From Acidimicrobiales bacterium (GTDB lineage Bacteria > Actinomycetota > Acidimicrobiia > Acidimicrobiales > Bin134), in NCBI GenBank assembly GCA_965231915.1, contig OZ246892.1, positions 1,536,151-1,600,150 of the forward strand: a stretch of 64,000 bases of DNA, in the 5' to 3' direction. Shown here piece by piece: positions 7,863 through 16,163 of this stretch (position 1 is the first letter of the stretch; every line of letters begins with the position of its first letter). The notes under the pieces were generated by a model, which did not search any database, was not told the origin of the DNA, and saw nothing but the letters and a program-made list of their open reading frames with translations. The position numbers and the translations under genes are program-made.

Positions 7863-9611
7863 TTAGCTGGCTGAGCCGCTGCCCTCGACCTGCACCGTCA
7901 CGATATCCACGCCGTGGTACTTCTGGTGGCGCACCGCAGAGGCGTGAAAGCGGAGCAGTCGCAGTGAGAGATCGTCGACTGAAGGCACGGCCACCTCTTC
8001 GGCCAAGAACGCCAGTTGATCCTCGATGTTCTCCTGGCGTGTGGTGGCAACGAACTCCAGCTCCACAATTGCGCCCTGTGGTCGGGCCGTGATGTTCAGG
8101 CGCGGACTCACCGATTCCTCGGCATCGTCTTCTTGCGCCAGCAGGCTGGCCAGAGTCTCTTCGCCGGCTGACCGCAGCCGCAGCGTAGATACCTCGTTCC
8201 ACCTGAGCCGGGATGCCAGTTGAGCGAGGAACTCGTCGATCTTCGGTATCGAAGCGGGGTCAAGCGTGACCTCGAGTCGCGAGCGGCGCGTGCTCATGGC
8301 TTCGACCAGCAGCGTCATGACGATGGCGGCGATGGCGCCGATTGTGACGCCGCTTCCCAGCAGATCGCCATAGTCGTCGCCAAAGAGGTCGCGCAGGAGG
8401 GGGTGCCCGTGCAATCCCAAACCCAATGCGCTGGCGAGCGCTACCACCAGCATGCGCCGGGAGTCCAAGCCGTCGCGCAGCACCGTTTGACAGCCGCTCA
8501 CGAAGAGCATGCCCATGGCCAGCATGAGATAGGCGCCCAACACTGGTCCGGGTATGGTCAACAACAATGCGGTGAACTTGGTGAACAAGGCCAAAAACAC
8601 CGAGACGGTGGCAACGCCAAGGCCCACTCGGCGGGCGGCGACTCCAGTGAGGTTGATCAGCGAGAGGCTGTATGACGAATTGGCCATCGTGGGCAGCGTG
8701 CCGGTGAAGCCGGCGAGCAGCATGCCGACGCCGTTGACGCTGACCATGCCCTGGATCTGACGGAATTCAATGGCCCGCGGCCGTCGACGGGAGCCCTGTT
8801 GAATCACCACACCGTCGCTGATCGTCTTGAGCCCGAGCACCAAGGTGAGAACGGCGAACGAAGGCAATAGCACCCAGAACTCCCTGCTCGGCGTGAGGTC
8901 GACGCTGAGCGGCGGCATTTCAGGTATGCCGAACCAGCCGGCGCTGGAGATCCGGTCGCCGTCGAGCACGCCAAAAGCCGCTGCCACCGCGCATCCGGCC
9001 AGGATGCTGCTGAACGGCGCGACCAGGCGCCAGCGTCCGCTGGCCTTCAACGCCACCATCACCGAGACCAGCAGAGTCGCTCCGGCGATCACCGGGCCGG
9101 CCGCCGTTGGGGCGTCGGCGGGCAAGTCGTCGACTGCGTCGAACGCGATGGGCAGCACGCTGACCGCGATCAGCATCGTCACCGTGCCCGAGACGGTCGG
9201 CGTGACGATTCGCCTCAGCGCTGGCAGCCACCAGGCCAGCGCGACCTGCATCAAACTGCAAACGATCATCAGGCTGGCGAAAGTCGCCAGCCCAGCCGCG
9301 GAGACCGTCGCCACCATGATGGCGATGAACATCGCCGCCGGCCAGGCCAGCACCACGTGGCCAGCGCCGAAGCGCTGGAGGTGGGAGGCTTGCAGCGCCG
9401 TGATGATGCCGCAGATCACCATGGCGGAGAACACGCTCCAGGTCAGATAGCTGTCGTCGAGCCCCGACGAGCGAACGGCGATTGCCACGTTCAGCACCGT
9501 CGGCGCCAGCACCAGCGCCGCCCCCTGAAACCCCACCAACAGCGCGATCGGCGGAGGACAGGCCTCCTCAGGCTCAAATCGAATTGGCTGTTCGGCGCTA
9601 TCGCCAGTCAC
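7863..9611 (-). CDS. nucleobase:cation symporter (NCS2 / xanthine-uracil permease-like) with an extra C-terminal soluble domain
   Basis: The first ~430 aa contain multiple hydrophobic helices and a permease-like N-terminus (IALLVGFQGAALVLAPTVLNVAI). The last ~150 aa are hydrophilic. Confidence 0.7.
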   Translation of the reverse strand: MTGDSAEQPIRFEPEEACPPPIALLVGFQGAALVLAPTVLNVAIAVRSSGLDDSYLTWSVFSAMVICGIITALQASHLQRFGAGHVVLAWPAAMFIAIMVATVSAAGLATFASLMIVCSLMQVALAWWLPALRRIVTPTVSGTVTMLIAVSVLPIAFDAVDDLPADAPTAAGPVIAGATLLVSVMVALKASGRWRLVAPFSSILAGCAVAAAFGVLDGDRISSAGWFGIPEMPPLSVDLTPSREFWVLLPSFAVLTLVLGLKTISDGVVIQQGSRRRPRAIEFRQIQGMVSVNGVGMLLAGFTGTLPTMANSSYSLSLINLTGVAARRVGLGVATVSVFLALFTKFTALLLTIPGPVLGAYLMLAMGMLFVSGCQTVLRDGLDSRRMLVVALASALGLGLHGHPLLRDLFGDDYGDLLGSGVTIGAIAAIVMTLLVEAMSTRRSRLEVTLDPASIPKIDEFLAQLASRLRWNEVSTLRLRSAGEETLASLLAQEDDAEESVSPRLNITARPQGAIVELEFVATTRQENIEDQLAFLAEEVAVPSVDDLSLRLLRFHASAVRHQKYHGVDIVTVQVEGSGSAS

Positions 9612-9696
9612 TAGTTAGCCAACCTCCCCCAACGAGCCTATTCCCACCCGTCCTAAGACTGATAGGGGTCCTTGATAGCCGGGAATTACCTTCCAC

Positions 9697-10647
9697 CTAG
9701 ACGTGTGGGTTTGTGGTGCGAATGAAGGTTGCCAAGGCCCTGAGGTCGTGGGCCCAGAAGATCGTGAGGTGCTGGGCTTGGGCTTGTTCGAGGTTTCGGG
9801 TCTTGAAGATGCCCGACAGGACGGCGCTGGGAACGGTAGCTCCGCTGCCGAACTCTTCGATCCAGGCTGAGGCCTTCGCTGCGGCATCGTTGTTGAGTCG
9901 TTTGACCGAGTTGGTTGACGAGTTCGACACCTTGCATTCAATGGGCATGCACCTGCCGTCGTGCAGCCTGACTATGAGGTCTGCTTTGCGCTCCCCGAAT
10001 GGTGCTTCTCCGCAGAACTCGCCTGGTGCCGGGGCATCCAGCAGACCAGGTGAAACGGTCCTGGGCTCGACTTCGACCATACCTGCTTCCCGTAGGCAGG
10101 CTTTGACCGATTCTTCTTGCTCTTTGGACTGCATTCTTCGGGCAGTTTCCACCCTCCGCGTGGCCATGAGGGCCGCTGTCGCAATTGCGGCGGCAGTGAG
10201 TTCGTGTTCATCGGCCCTGCGTCCCTGGCCGATCCATGGGAACCGCTTGGGGTCTAGACCTTGGGTGATAGTTCCCATCACTCGGACCGATGCGCCAGTG
10301 TCATTGAGCAGCACGCCAGCAGCAAGCGAAGTATCGGCAAGTTCGGCCAGATCATCCGCTGATATAGGAGGGCCGACGACGTAGCGGAGTGCTTCCAACA
10401 ATTGGGGGTTGGCGAGCACCTCCGAGAGTCCAGGATCGATTGCCGAAGCACCGGGCTGTACCTGTAGCCGCGAAAGGTTGTCGGTCTTGTCGAAGAGCTC
10501 ATTCACGTATTCGAGGCACTGGGCAAAGGTCTCGGAATAGACCCCTTGTGACTCGTTCAGCCGTTGGGAGCGGAAGATCTGTCTGGCGAGTTCTCCTTGC
10601 TCGTCGAATTCCTCGCTGGTCCAGCGAGGTGGGTCTGTGAGGCTCAC
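9697..10647 (-). CDS. type II restriction endonuclease, PD-(D/E)XK; XamI/SalI-like (tentative)
   Basis: Contains a D...ExK motif (ADLIVRLHDGRCMPIECKVSNSS). The GTG start overlaps the methylase stop (GTGA at 10644..10647). Track ORF 9697..10938 over-extends into the methylase gene. Confidence 0.75.
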   Translation of the reverse strand: MSLTDPPRWTSEEFDEQGELARQIFRSQRLNESQGVYSETFAQCLEYVNELFDKTDNLSRLQVQPGASAIDPGLSEVLANPQLLEALRYVVGPPISADDLAELADTSLAAGVLLNDTGASVRVMGTITQGLDPKRFPWIGQGRRADEHELTAAAIATAALMATRRVETARRMQSKEQEESVKACLREAGMVEVEPRTVSPGLLDAPAPGEFCGEAPFGERKADLIVRLHDGRCMPIECKVSNSSTNSVKRLNNDAAAKASAWIEEFGSGATVPSAVLSGIFKTRNLEQAQAQHLTIFWAHDLRALATFIRTTNPHV

Positions 10648-12299
10648 GAAGACATCTCGGCGAGCAGAAGGGGACTGGGGACGGGGATGCGCTCCATCTC
10701 CGAAGGCTCGAACTTGGTGAGCCCACCGGCATAGGTGCGCCCTTGTGATACTGAGACGCCAGATCGCAGCGACGCAGCCAAGATGTCCAATATGTCTTCG
10801 GACAGTGGGTCTCGGGGGTAGATCCCATGGGCAACGTTGACGTGGCGCGCTCCGGCAAGGTTGCGGACGAATGCCGGGGGGCGCCGGGCCATGTAAGTGG
10901 CCAGGATCGGCGCGGGGGATCGCAGTCCCACTGACCACCAGGGATTTCGGTGGCGGGCGACGTACGACGAGTGGGCGCCGTTACGCTCTGCAAAGCGCAA
11001 GAAGCGCTTCACCAGCGCCCGGTCGTCGTCATCGAGTTCGCTGAGGTCAGTGGGCAGGTCGATGACTGCTCGAAGGCTGCGAAGGCTCGATAGCAAGCCG
11101 TCGTCAGCGTCGAAGAGTTCCCGGGCCTTGGTAACCGTCGGGAAAAGCGTCCTTGCTGGCAGTTGAGGATCGTTGGCCGTGGTGATCCAGGTTGCGTTGG
11201 CCCCGGTGACCGCGCCCCTGTGTACCCGGCAGAGCTCTCCTAACTCGACAAATCCCTCCGGTACCGGTGGGGTCTGAGTCAACAGCGGCGACCACCGCCT
11301 CTCTTGTTTGAGGCGCTGTTTGCTCACTCGGCGTCCCTTTGAGAGATCTGCGAGGTCTCCGGCGTTTGCGACCCGGCGCATCTTGAGCGAGCGGGCCTCC
11401 GAACCAATCTGAAAGCAGGTCACCGACGCGGTGGTGGCCACGTCCTCAAAGGCCAAGGTCTCGGGAGCGAGGACATGGATGGACTCACCGCCCAAGCCGT
11501 CGGTAAGCATCCCGCGCAGCAATTTCCCGTAGTTGACGTCCAACCATTCCGATGAGGTGACGAAGGCTCCGATGTCTCCCGGCTGGGCTGTGAGAAGCGT
11601 CGCCAAGAAGAAGTGGATGTGAAGCCCGGCAAGGGCACTGACCGGCAGGTCACGGCTTGCCGCAGTGCTTGTCAGCCATTGCTTCCACCGAGACCCGATC
11701 TGGTGGTGGCGCACATAGGGGGGATTGCCCACAAACGCCGTCACCCCATCGCAACTGCCAAGATCGGCTTCTCGGTAGTCGCCCACCAACACGGTGGACC
11801 GATCATGAAACCCTGCTGCGGTCAGGTTGGCCCGACACAACAGAGCGGCCAGTGGATCCAGCTCGACAGCGACTAACGAAGCATCAGGAAAAACCTGTCC
11901 CGCTTGCAGCACAAAGCGACCCGACCCTGCGCCAGGATCGACGACGCGAGCGGGCCGCTCTTTGGCCGCGATCCAGCCCACCATCGCCTCCACGATCCCC
12001 GGAGGCGTATATACAGCCCCCAAAGGGCGCCTCTGCTTCGGGGACCGCAACCGCACAAACGAATCCCCCAACGGGTCGCCCCCCTGTTGGATTTCCGAGA
12101 CAAGCTCGCTGGTGTCCGAAACAGGAATCTCTGCTGCGGAGTTGACCACTTCAGACTCTGTGGCGGCGAGATCGGCTAGAGCGCCGCTACGGACAATGGA
12201 CCACGCCACAGCAGCCAGTTCCTGCTCCGACTCCAGCCGGGTCGCCGCTCCAGCAGCATCGTTATGGTCGATCAGCAACATCTGTTTGAAGTCTGACAT
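10644..12299 (-). CDS. N6-adenine DNA methyltransferase (gamma-class, Eco57I/N6_Mtase-type)
   Basis: Contains GAVYTPPGIVEAMV, VVDPGAGSGRFV (the SAM motif) and FVGNPPYVRHH (NPPY). ATG 12299 is preceded by GGGAGA 6 nt upstream. The track ORF extends to 12434. Confidence 0.9.
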   Translation of the reverse strand: MSDFKQMLLIDHNDAAGAATRLESEQELAAVAWSIVRSGALADLAATESEVVNSAAEIPVSDTSELVSEIQQGGDPLGDSFVRLRSPKQRRPLGAVYTPPGIVEAMVGWIAAKERPARVVDPGAGSGRFVLQAGQVFPDASLVAVELDPLAALLCRANLTAAGFHDRSTVLVGDYREADLGSCDGVTAFVGNPPYVRHHQIGSRWKQWLTSTAASRDLPVSALAGLHIHFFLATLLTAQPGDIGAFVTSSEWLDVNYGKLLRGMLTDGLGGESIHVLAPETLAFEDVATTASVTCFQIGSEARSLKMRRVANAGDLADLSKGRRVSKQRLKQERRWSPLLTQTPPVPEGFVELGELCRVHRGAVTGANATWITTANDPQLPARTLFPTVTKARELFDADDGLLSSLRSLRAVIDLPTDLSELDDDDRALVKRFLRFAERNGAHSSYVARHRNPWWSVGLRSPAPILATYMARRPPAFVRNLAGARHVNVAHGIYPRDPLSEDILDILAASLRSGVSVSQGRTYAGGLTKFEPSEMERIPVPSPLLLAEMSS

Positions 12300-12463
12300 A
12301 GGACTTCTCCCGATCAGAGGCAATGGAAAAGAGACCTCCATCATCCCGACCAGAGTGACAGTGGGTGTCCACGGGTCTCGCGTGGGACTGATGTTGGATT
12401 CACCAGTCATGGACCGTGGGAGGTGCAATTGCACCGAGGGGTTATCGAGTGGGGTTCCGTTAG

Positions 12464-13322
12464 CGTGTGGTTGATCTGGTTGAAGCGGGACGGCCTGTCG
12501 CGCAACTGGCGGCTGAGTTGGGGATCAGCGATCAGCCGATCTACAGGAGGCGGCGACAGGCGCTCATCGATGCCGGCGTGGAGGCGGGGTTGACGACTGC
12601 TGAGAAGGCCGAGCTGGCGGAGCTGCGAAAGCGGGCGCTCTAGTTCGAGTGTGAGTTGGCGATCCACCGGCCAGCAAGGAGTTGTTGAAGGTCGATGTCG
12701 GCCCAACAAAGGTTTGATGCCAACCAAGTGATGATTGCGGAAGGGTTTCCGTTCGATAAGGCATGCCTGTTGCTGGGGGTGTCGGTGTCTAGCTACAACA
12801 GGTGGCTGAACCGCCCGCTGTCAGGTTGATAAGTTAGGCATGCGAGGTTGAGTGAGGTGGTTGGCCAATTCCACGCCGACTTCGATGATACCTACGGGGC
12901 CAAGCGCGTTTCGCGGAGTTGATCCCTGTTCAAGGGATCGCCGGGTACCGCTAGTCGGTCGAAACTCTGATACGCCGCGCCGGGTTCCGTGGCGTGTCGG
13001 GCCGACCCAAGTATCCCAAGATCCCGAACACAGCGACGGCATCGGATTTGTCGACCGCAACTTCACCCGTTCTGAGTCGGATCGGTTGTGGGCGACCGAC
13101 ATCACTGAGCACCTCACCTTGGAGGGCAGAGGGTACTGCGCGGTGGAGTTGGATGTGTTCAGCTGCAGTGTGATCGGGTGGTCAATCGACTCAAGGCTGA
13201 CCGCTGCGTCGGCCGCCCACGCTGCGGGAATGGCGATAGGTAACCGACAGTCGACCGCGGGCGAGGATGTGACCAGCAGCGATCAGGGCACACAGTTCAC
13301 CTCGTTGGGACGGTCCCTCTAG
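12464..13322 (+). pseudogene. decayed, 5'- and 3'-truncated IS3-family transposase (OrfA/OrfB relic)
   Basis: OrfA-like VVDLVEAGRPVAQLAAELGISDQPIYRRRRQALIDAGVEAGLTTAEKAELAELRKRAL ends at an in-frame TAG at 12641. The rve-core-like segment reads FVDRNFTRSESDRLWATDITEHLTLEGRGYCAVELDVFSCSVIGWSID...SDQGTQFTS. There are several stops and frame changes, and no terminal inverted repeats were seen. Confidence 0.8.
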
Positions 13323-13409
13323 TGCCCGGGGTGGGAGTCGAACCCACACGCCTCCTTTGGAGGCTGGGGGGTTTAAGCCCCCTGCGTCTGCCTATTCCGC
13401 CACCCGGGC
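13323..13409 (-). tRNA. tRNA-Leu, anticodon UAA
   Basis: Manual cloverleaf:
- acceptor GCCCGGG/CCCGGGC plus discriminator A
- D arm GCG-GAATAGGCAGA-CGC
- anticodon stem GGGGG/CCCCC with loop CTTAAAC (U33, anticodon TAA, A37)
- long variable arm CCTCC-AAA-GGAGG
- T arm GTGGG-TTCGACT-CCCAC

CCA is not encoded. Confidence 0.95.
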
Positions 13410-13465
13410 CCGCTCCCACGGTATCGGGCGGGGCGGGAGGCGGCTTCGCAATTGTGGCCGCGGCC

Positions 13466-14395
13466 TTAGACCACGCGGAACACTCCTGAGCCAGTGGTGA
13501 TGGTGCGGTCATCGCGGCCCTCGTCGAACAAAGTGAGGATGACGTTGATGCGGCCGCTGCGGCTGGTGATGGCCTCGCCCTCGCAGCGGAACGGGCCGAC
13601 GAGACCGGGTTTCACGAACATCACGTACCAGTTCTCCACCTGGATGCGGTCGGTGCCAGCAGCTTGTTCGGCCAGTTCGTGGGCGGTGATGTCGAACACG
13701 ACGTGGATGGGGCCGAGGTGCAGGGCGGCGTGGGGTGCTGAGAACTCTATGGACAGCTCGGGGAGCCGGTACCAGCCGTCGTCGCCCTTGGTGGCGCCGA
13801 ATACATCGTGCAGCCGGGGCATGTCGGGGGAGTCCTCTACCGGGATGAGCGGATTCTCGACCGCCTCGTAGCCGTCGGGAACATCGCCCAGGCTCACCCC
13901 CATGCCGGCCGAGGTGGAGATCACCCGGTCGTGGTCGGCCGCATCCACCACCGTCGAGCGGGTGAACCCCATTTGCCGCCCGAAGTTGATGATCTCGCGG
14001 ATCACCTCGATCCGGTCCACCCCTCGGGCGTCGTCGAGGATCTGGGTGAACGACACCACCGGGGCGGGTACCACCAGGTCGTCGTTCCAGCTGGGCTCGG
14101 GGCAGCCGATGGCCAGCGGGGCGGCCATGATGCCGCCGTGGGCGTTGCGCATGTCATGGCGCAGCGGCATTGACTCCAGCTCGTCATCGTCGAAGCCGAT
14201 GTCCAGCGCCGGCGTGGTCTTGTTGAGATACCGGTAGGACATGAGCCCGGTCCAGATCTCCTCGAACGTCTCCCAATGCTCCTCGGAGCTCACATCTCGG
14301 ATGTCCTTCACCATGGGCAGCAACTCTAGGACAGGAGAGGGCAGCGCGAAGTCACTCGGGGAGCCACGTTGGAAGCCTCCAACTAAGGTGACCAC
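13466..14395 (-). CDS. conserved hypothetical protein (possibly a hot-dog/thioesterase-like fold)
   Basis: A 309-aa ORF of normal composition. Antisense ORFs overlapping it are Arg/Gly/His-rich. The start is uncertain: GTG 14395 or ATG 14314. Confidence 0.55.
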   Translation of the reverse strand: MVTLVGGFQRGSPSDFALPSPVLELLPMVKDIRDVSSEEHWETFEEIWTGLMSYRYLNKTTPALDIGFDDDELESMPLRHDMRNAHGGIMAAPLAIGCPEPSWNDDLVVPAPVVSFTQILDDARGVDRIEVIREIINFGRQMGFTRSTVVDAADHDRVISTSAGMGVSLGDVPDGYEAVENPLIPVEDSPDMPRLHDVFGATKGDDGWYRLPELSIEFSAPHAALHLGPIHVVFDITAHELAEQAAGTDRIQVENWYVMFVKPGLVGPFRCEGEAITSRSGRINVILTLFDEGRDDRTITTGSGVFRVV

Positions 14396-14433
14396 CAGTT
14401 GAGGGCCAACATCCGATAGAAGGGAAACAGAAG

Positions 14434-14721
14434 ATGAGCGCTTACGTGGTGGTTATCGATTCTGAGGTTTTGGATGCAGAGGGGTTAGCCGGCCTGGCTG
14501 GTCCAATGGCCGAGGAAACCGAGGCTCATGGGGGCAGGTATCTGGTACGGGGCGGAGACGTAACTGTGCTCGGGGGAGACTTGGACCCTGCGAACGTAAC
14601 GGTTATCCAGTTCGACAGCATCGCTCAGGCCCAGGCATTGCTCGATTCAGAGACGTTTGCCGAACTTCGCGCCCAGCGCAGCCAGTGCGTCAGAGCCAAC
14701 GCCATCCTCATTGAGGGTTAG
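14434..14721 (+). CDS. DUF1330 domain-containing protein
   Basis: 95 aa. MSAYVVVIDSEVLDAEG...GGRYLVRGGDVTVLGGD...VTVIQFDSIAQAQALLDS..F matches the DUF1330 pattern. Confidence 0.8.
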   Translation: MSAYVVVIDSEVLDAEGLAGLAGPMAEETEAHGGRYLVRGGDVTVLGGDLDPANVTVIQFDSIAQAQALLDSETFAELRAQRSQCVRANAILIEG

Positions 14722-14738
14722 TAAGTCCCGTTCCGCGA

Positions 14739-14760
14739 GCCGCTGACCCTTCCCAGCGGC
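14739..14760. terminator. hairpin between convergent genes (weak terminator candidate)
   Basis: GCCGCTG (14739..14745) and CAGCGGC (14754..14760) form a stem with an 8-nt loop. There is no clear U-tract. Confidence 0.3.
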
Positions 14761-14794
14761 GAATTCCCCGTTAGGCAGCCCCTTAGGCGGCGGC

Positions 14795-16003
14795 CTACTT
14801 GCCCCAGAAGGCGGGGGAGGTGGCGTCTTTGGGGATCTCGTTGAGCGGCTCGGCGATCTCGGCCACGGTGGGGCCATGGTCGGCGGCCAAAGGGGCCAGG
14901 GCGTCGAGGTCGAAGCCGTACACATCGGCGGCGTTGCCGGCCAGGATGCGGCGCATCGACTCCTCGTCCCGGTCGTGGAGGGCGTAGCGGATGCCCTCTC
15001 GGCTGTAGGGGTAGGTGCCCTCCACGTGGGGGTAGTCGGAGCCCCACATCACCTTGTGATCGCCAACCTTGTCCAGCAGGCGCATCTCGTTGGGACCGGG
15101 AAAGCTGATGCCGATCCAGATGTTGCGGTCGAAGTAGAAGCTGGGCTTCTCGGGCAGCACCGAGTCGGCGGAAAAGCCTAGCTCGCCGGTGCGCCCGGTC
15201 ATCGACATCTGGGCGTGGAGCCCATCTAGGCGGCGCAGGATGTCGGGGACCCAGCCGAAGCCCTGCTCGGTGAACACCGCCTTCAGGCCGGGGTACCGCT
15301 CGAAAACCCCGCCCATGATGAGGTGCCACATGGAGCGGTTGGAGAAGAACGGGGTCTCGATCACGAACATCGGCCCGGCGGCGGGGGAGTCGCCATAGTT
15401 GGGCATCCCCGTGCCGCCAGAGTGAAGGGTCATCACCACGTCGTGCTCCTCGCACGCGGCCCATACTGGGTCGTAGCGGGAGTGGAACAGCGGGGGCAGG
15501 TCGGAGTTGGGGGCGATGCTGGGGATCAGCGCCCCGCCCCGCAGATTGTGCTCGGCGATCCACTTCACATCGGCCACGGCCTCGTCGATGTCGTTCAAAA
15601 AGATCTGGCCTATGCCGGCGCGGCGCTCGGGGTAATCGGCGCAGAAGTCGGCCAGCCAGCGGTTGTGGGTTCGGATGCCGGCCAGGCGGCGAGGGAGGTC
15701 CTTTTCGGTGGGCTGTGGGGCGATGAGGGTGCCGGTGGGGAAGAACGGGGGCACGGTGTTGGGGAAGGTGATCTCGGCCACCACGCCGTCGGTGTGCTGC
15801 TCGGAGATGCGGCGGTCGTTGTCCCAGTTGCGCGAGCGGCCGTCGTCTTGCAGGTCGCGAAACGGGTTGCGGTACTTGCCCCGCCATGCATCGAACTCGT
15901 CGTGCCAACTCGACTCCAAATACTCCCTATATGTCTTGTGGTTGGCACCGGCGTGGCAGTCGGAGGAGATGATGGTGTAGCGGTCAGCGGTGGCGGTGGT
16001 CAT
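14795..16003 (-). CDS. amidohydrolase family protein (amidohydrolase-2 / ACMSD-like)
   Basis: Has the IISSDCHAG N-terminal metal-ligand motif and WGSDYPHVEG near the C-terminus. Confidence 0.85.
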   Translation of the reverse strand: MTTATADRYTIISSDCHAGANHKTYREYLESSWHDEFDAWRGKYRNPFRDLQDDGRSRNWDNDRRISEQHTDGVVAEITFPNTVPPFFPTGTLIAPQPTEKDLPRRLAGIRTHNRWLADFCADYPERRAGIGQIFLNDIDEAVADVKWIAEHNLRGGALIPSIAPNSDLPPLFHSRYDPVWAACEEHDVVMTLHSGGTGMPNYGDSPAAGPMFVIETPFFSNRSMWHLIMGGVFERYPGLKAVFTEQGFGWVPDILRRLDGLHAQMSMTGRTGELGFSADSVLPEKPSFYFDRNIWIGISFPGPNEMRLLDKVGDHKVMWGSDYPHVEGTYPYSREGIRYALHDRDEESMRRILAGNAADVYGFDLDALAPLAADHGPTVAEIAEPLNEIPKDATSPAFWGK

Positions 16004-16163
16004 ACGACTGTGATGCTACCGGCCTCTACCATCCTCCGGCAGGCTGGCGGGTCCTGTCCCGGCCCAGCCCGCCGTCCTCGTGACCTGCGGGCGGCGGGCG
16101 CCCTGAGCCGGGCCACCCCCCAGCCTGCCTACCCGGCTTCTCCACCTGCCCTTGGGCTATGGG

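Noticed and set aside
7000-13322. A search for a direct repeat of the tRNA-Leu 3' end (att site) delimiting an integrated island.
   Set aside because: No convincing copy of the GTGGGAGTCGAACCC-type sequence was seen by eye. Island limits therefore remain undefined and should be checked computationally.
13297-13512. A 71-aa minus-strand ORF overlapping the tRNA.
   Set aside because: It is explained by the tRNA-Leu gene and its flanks. The composition is Pro/Gly/Arg-rich.
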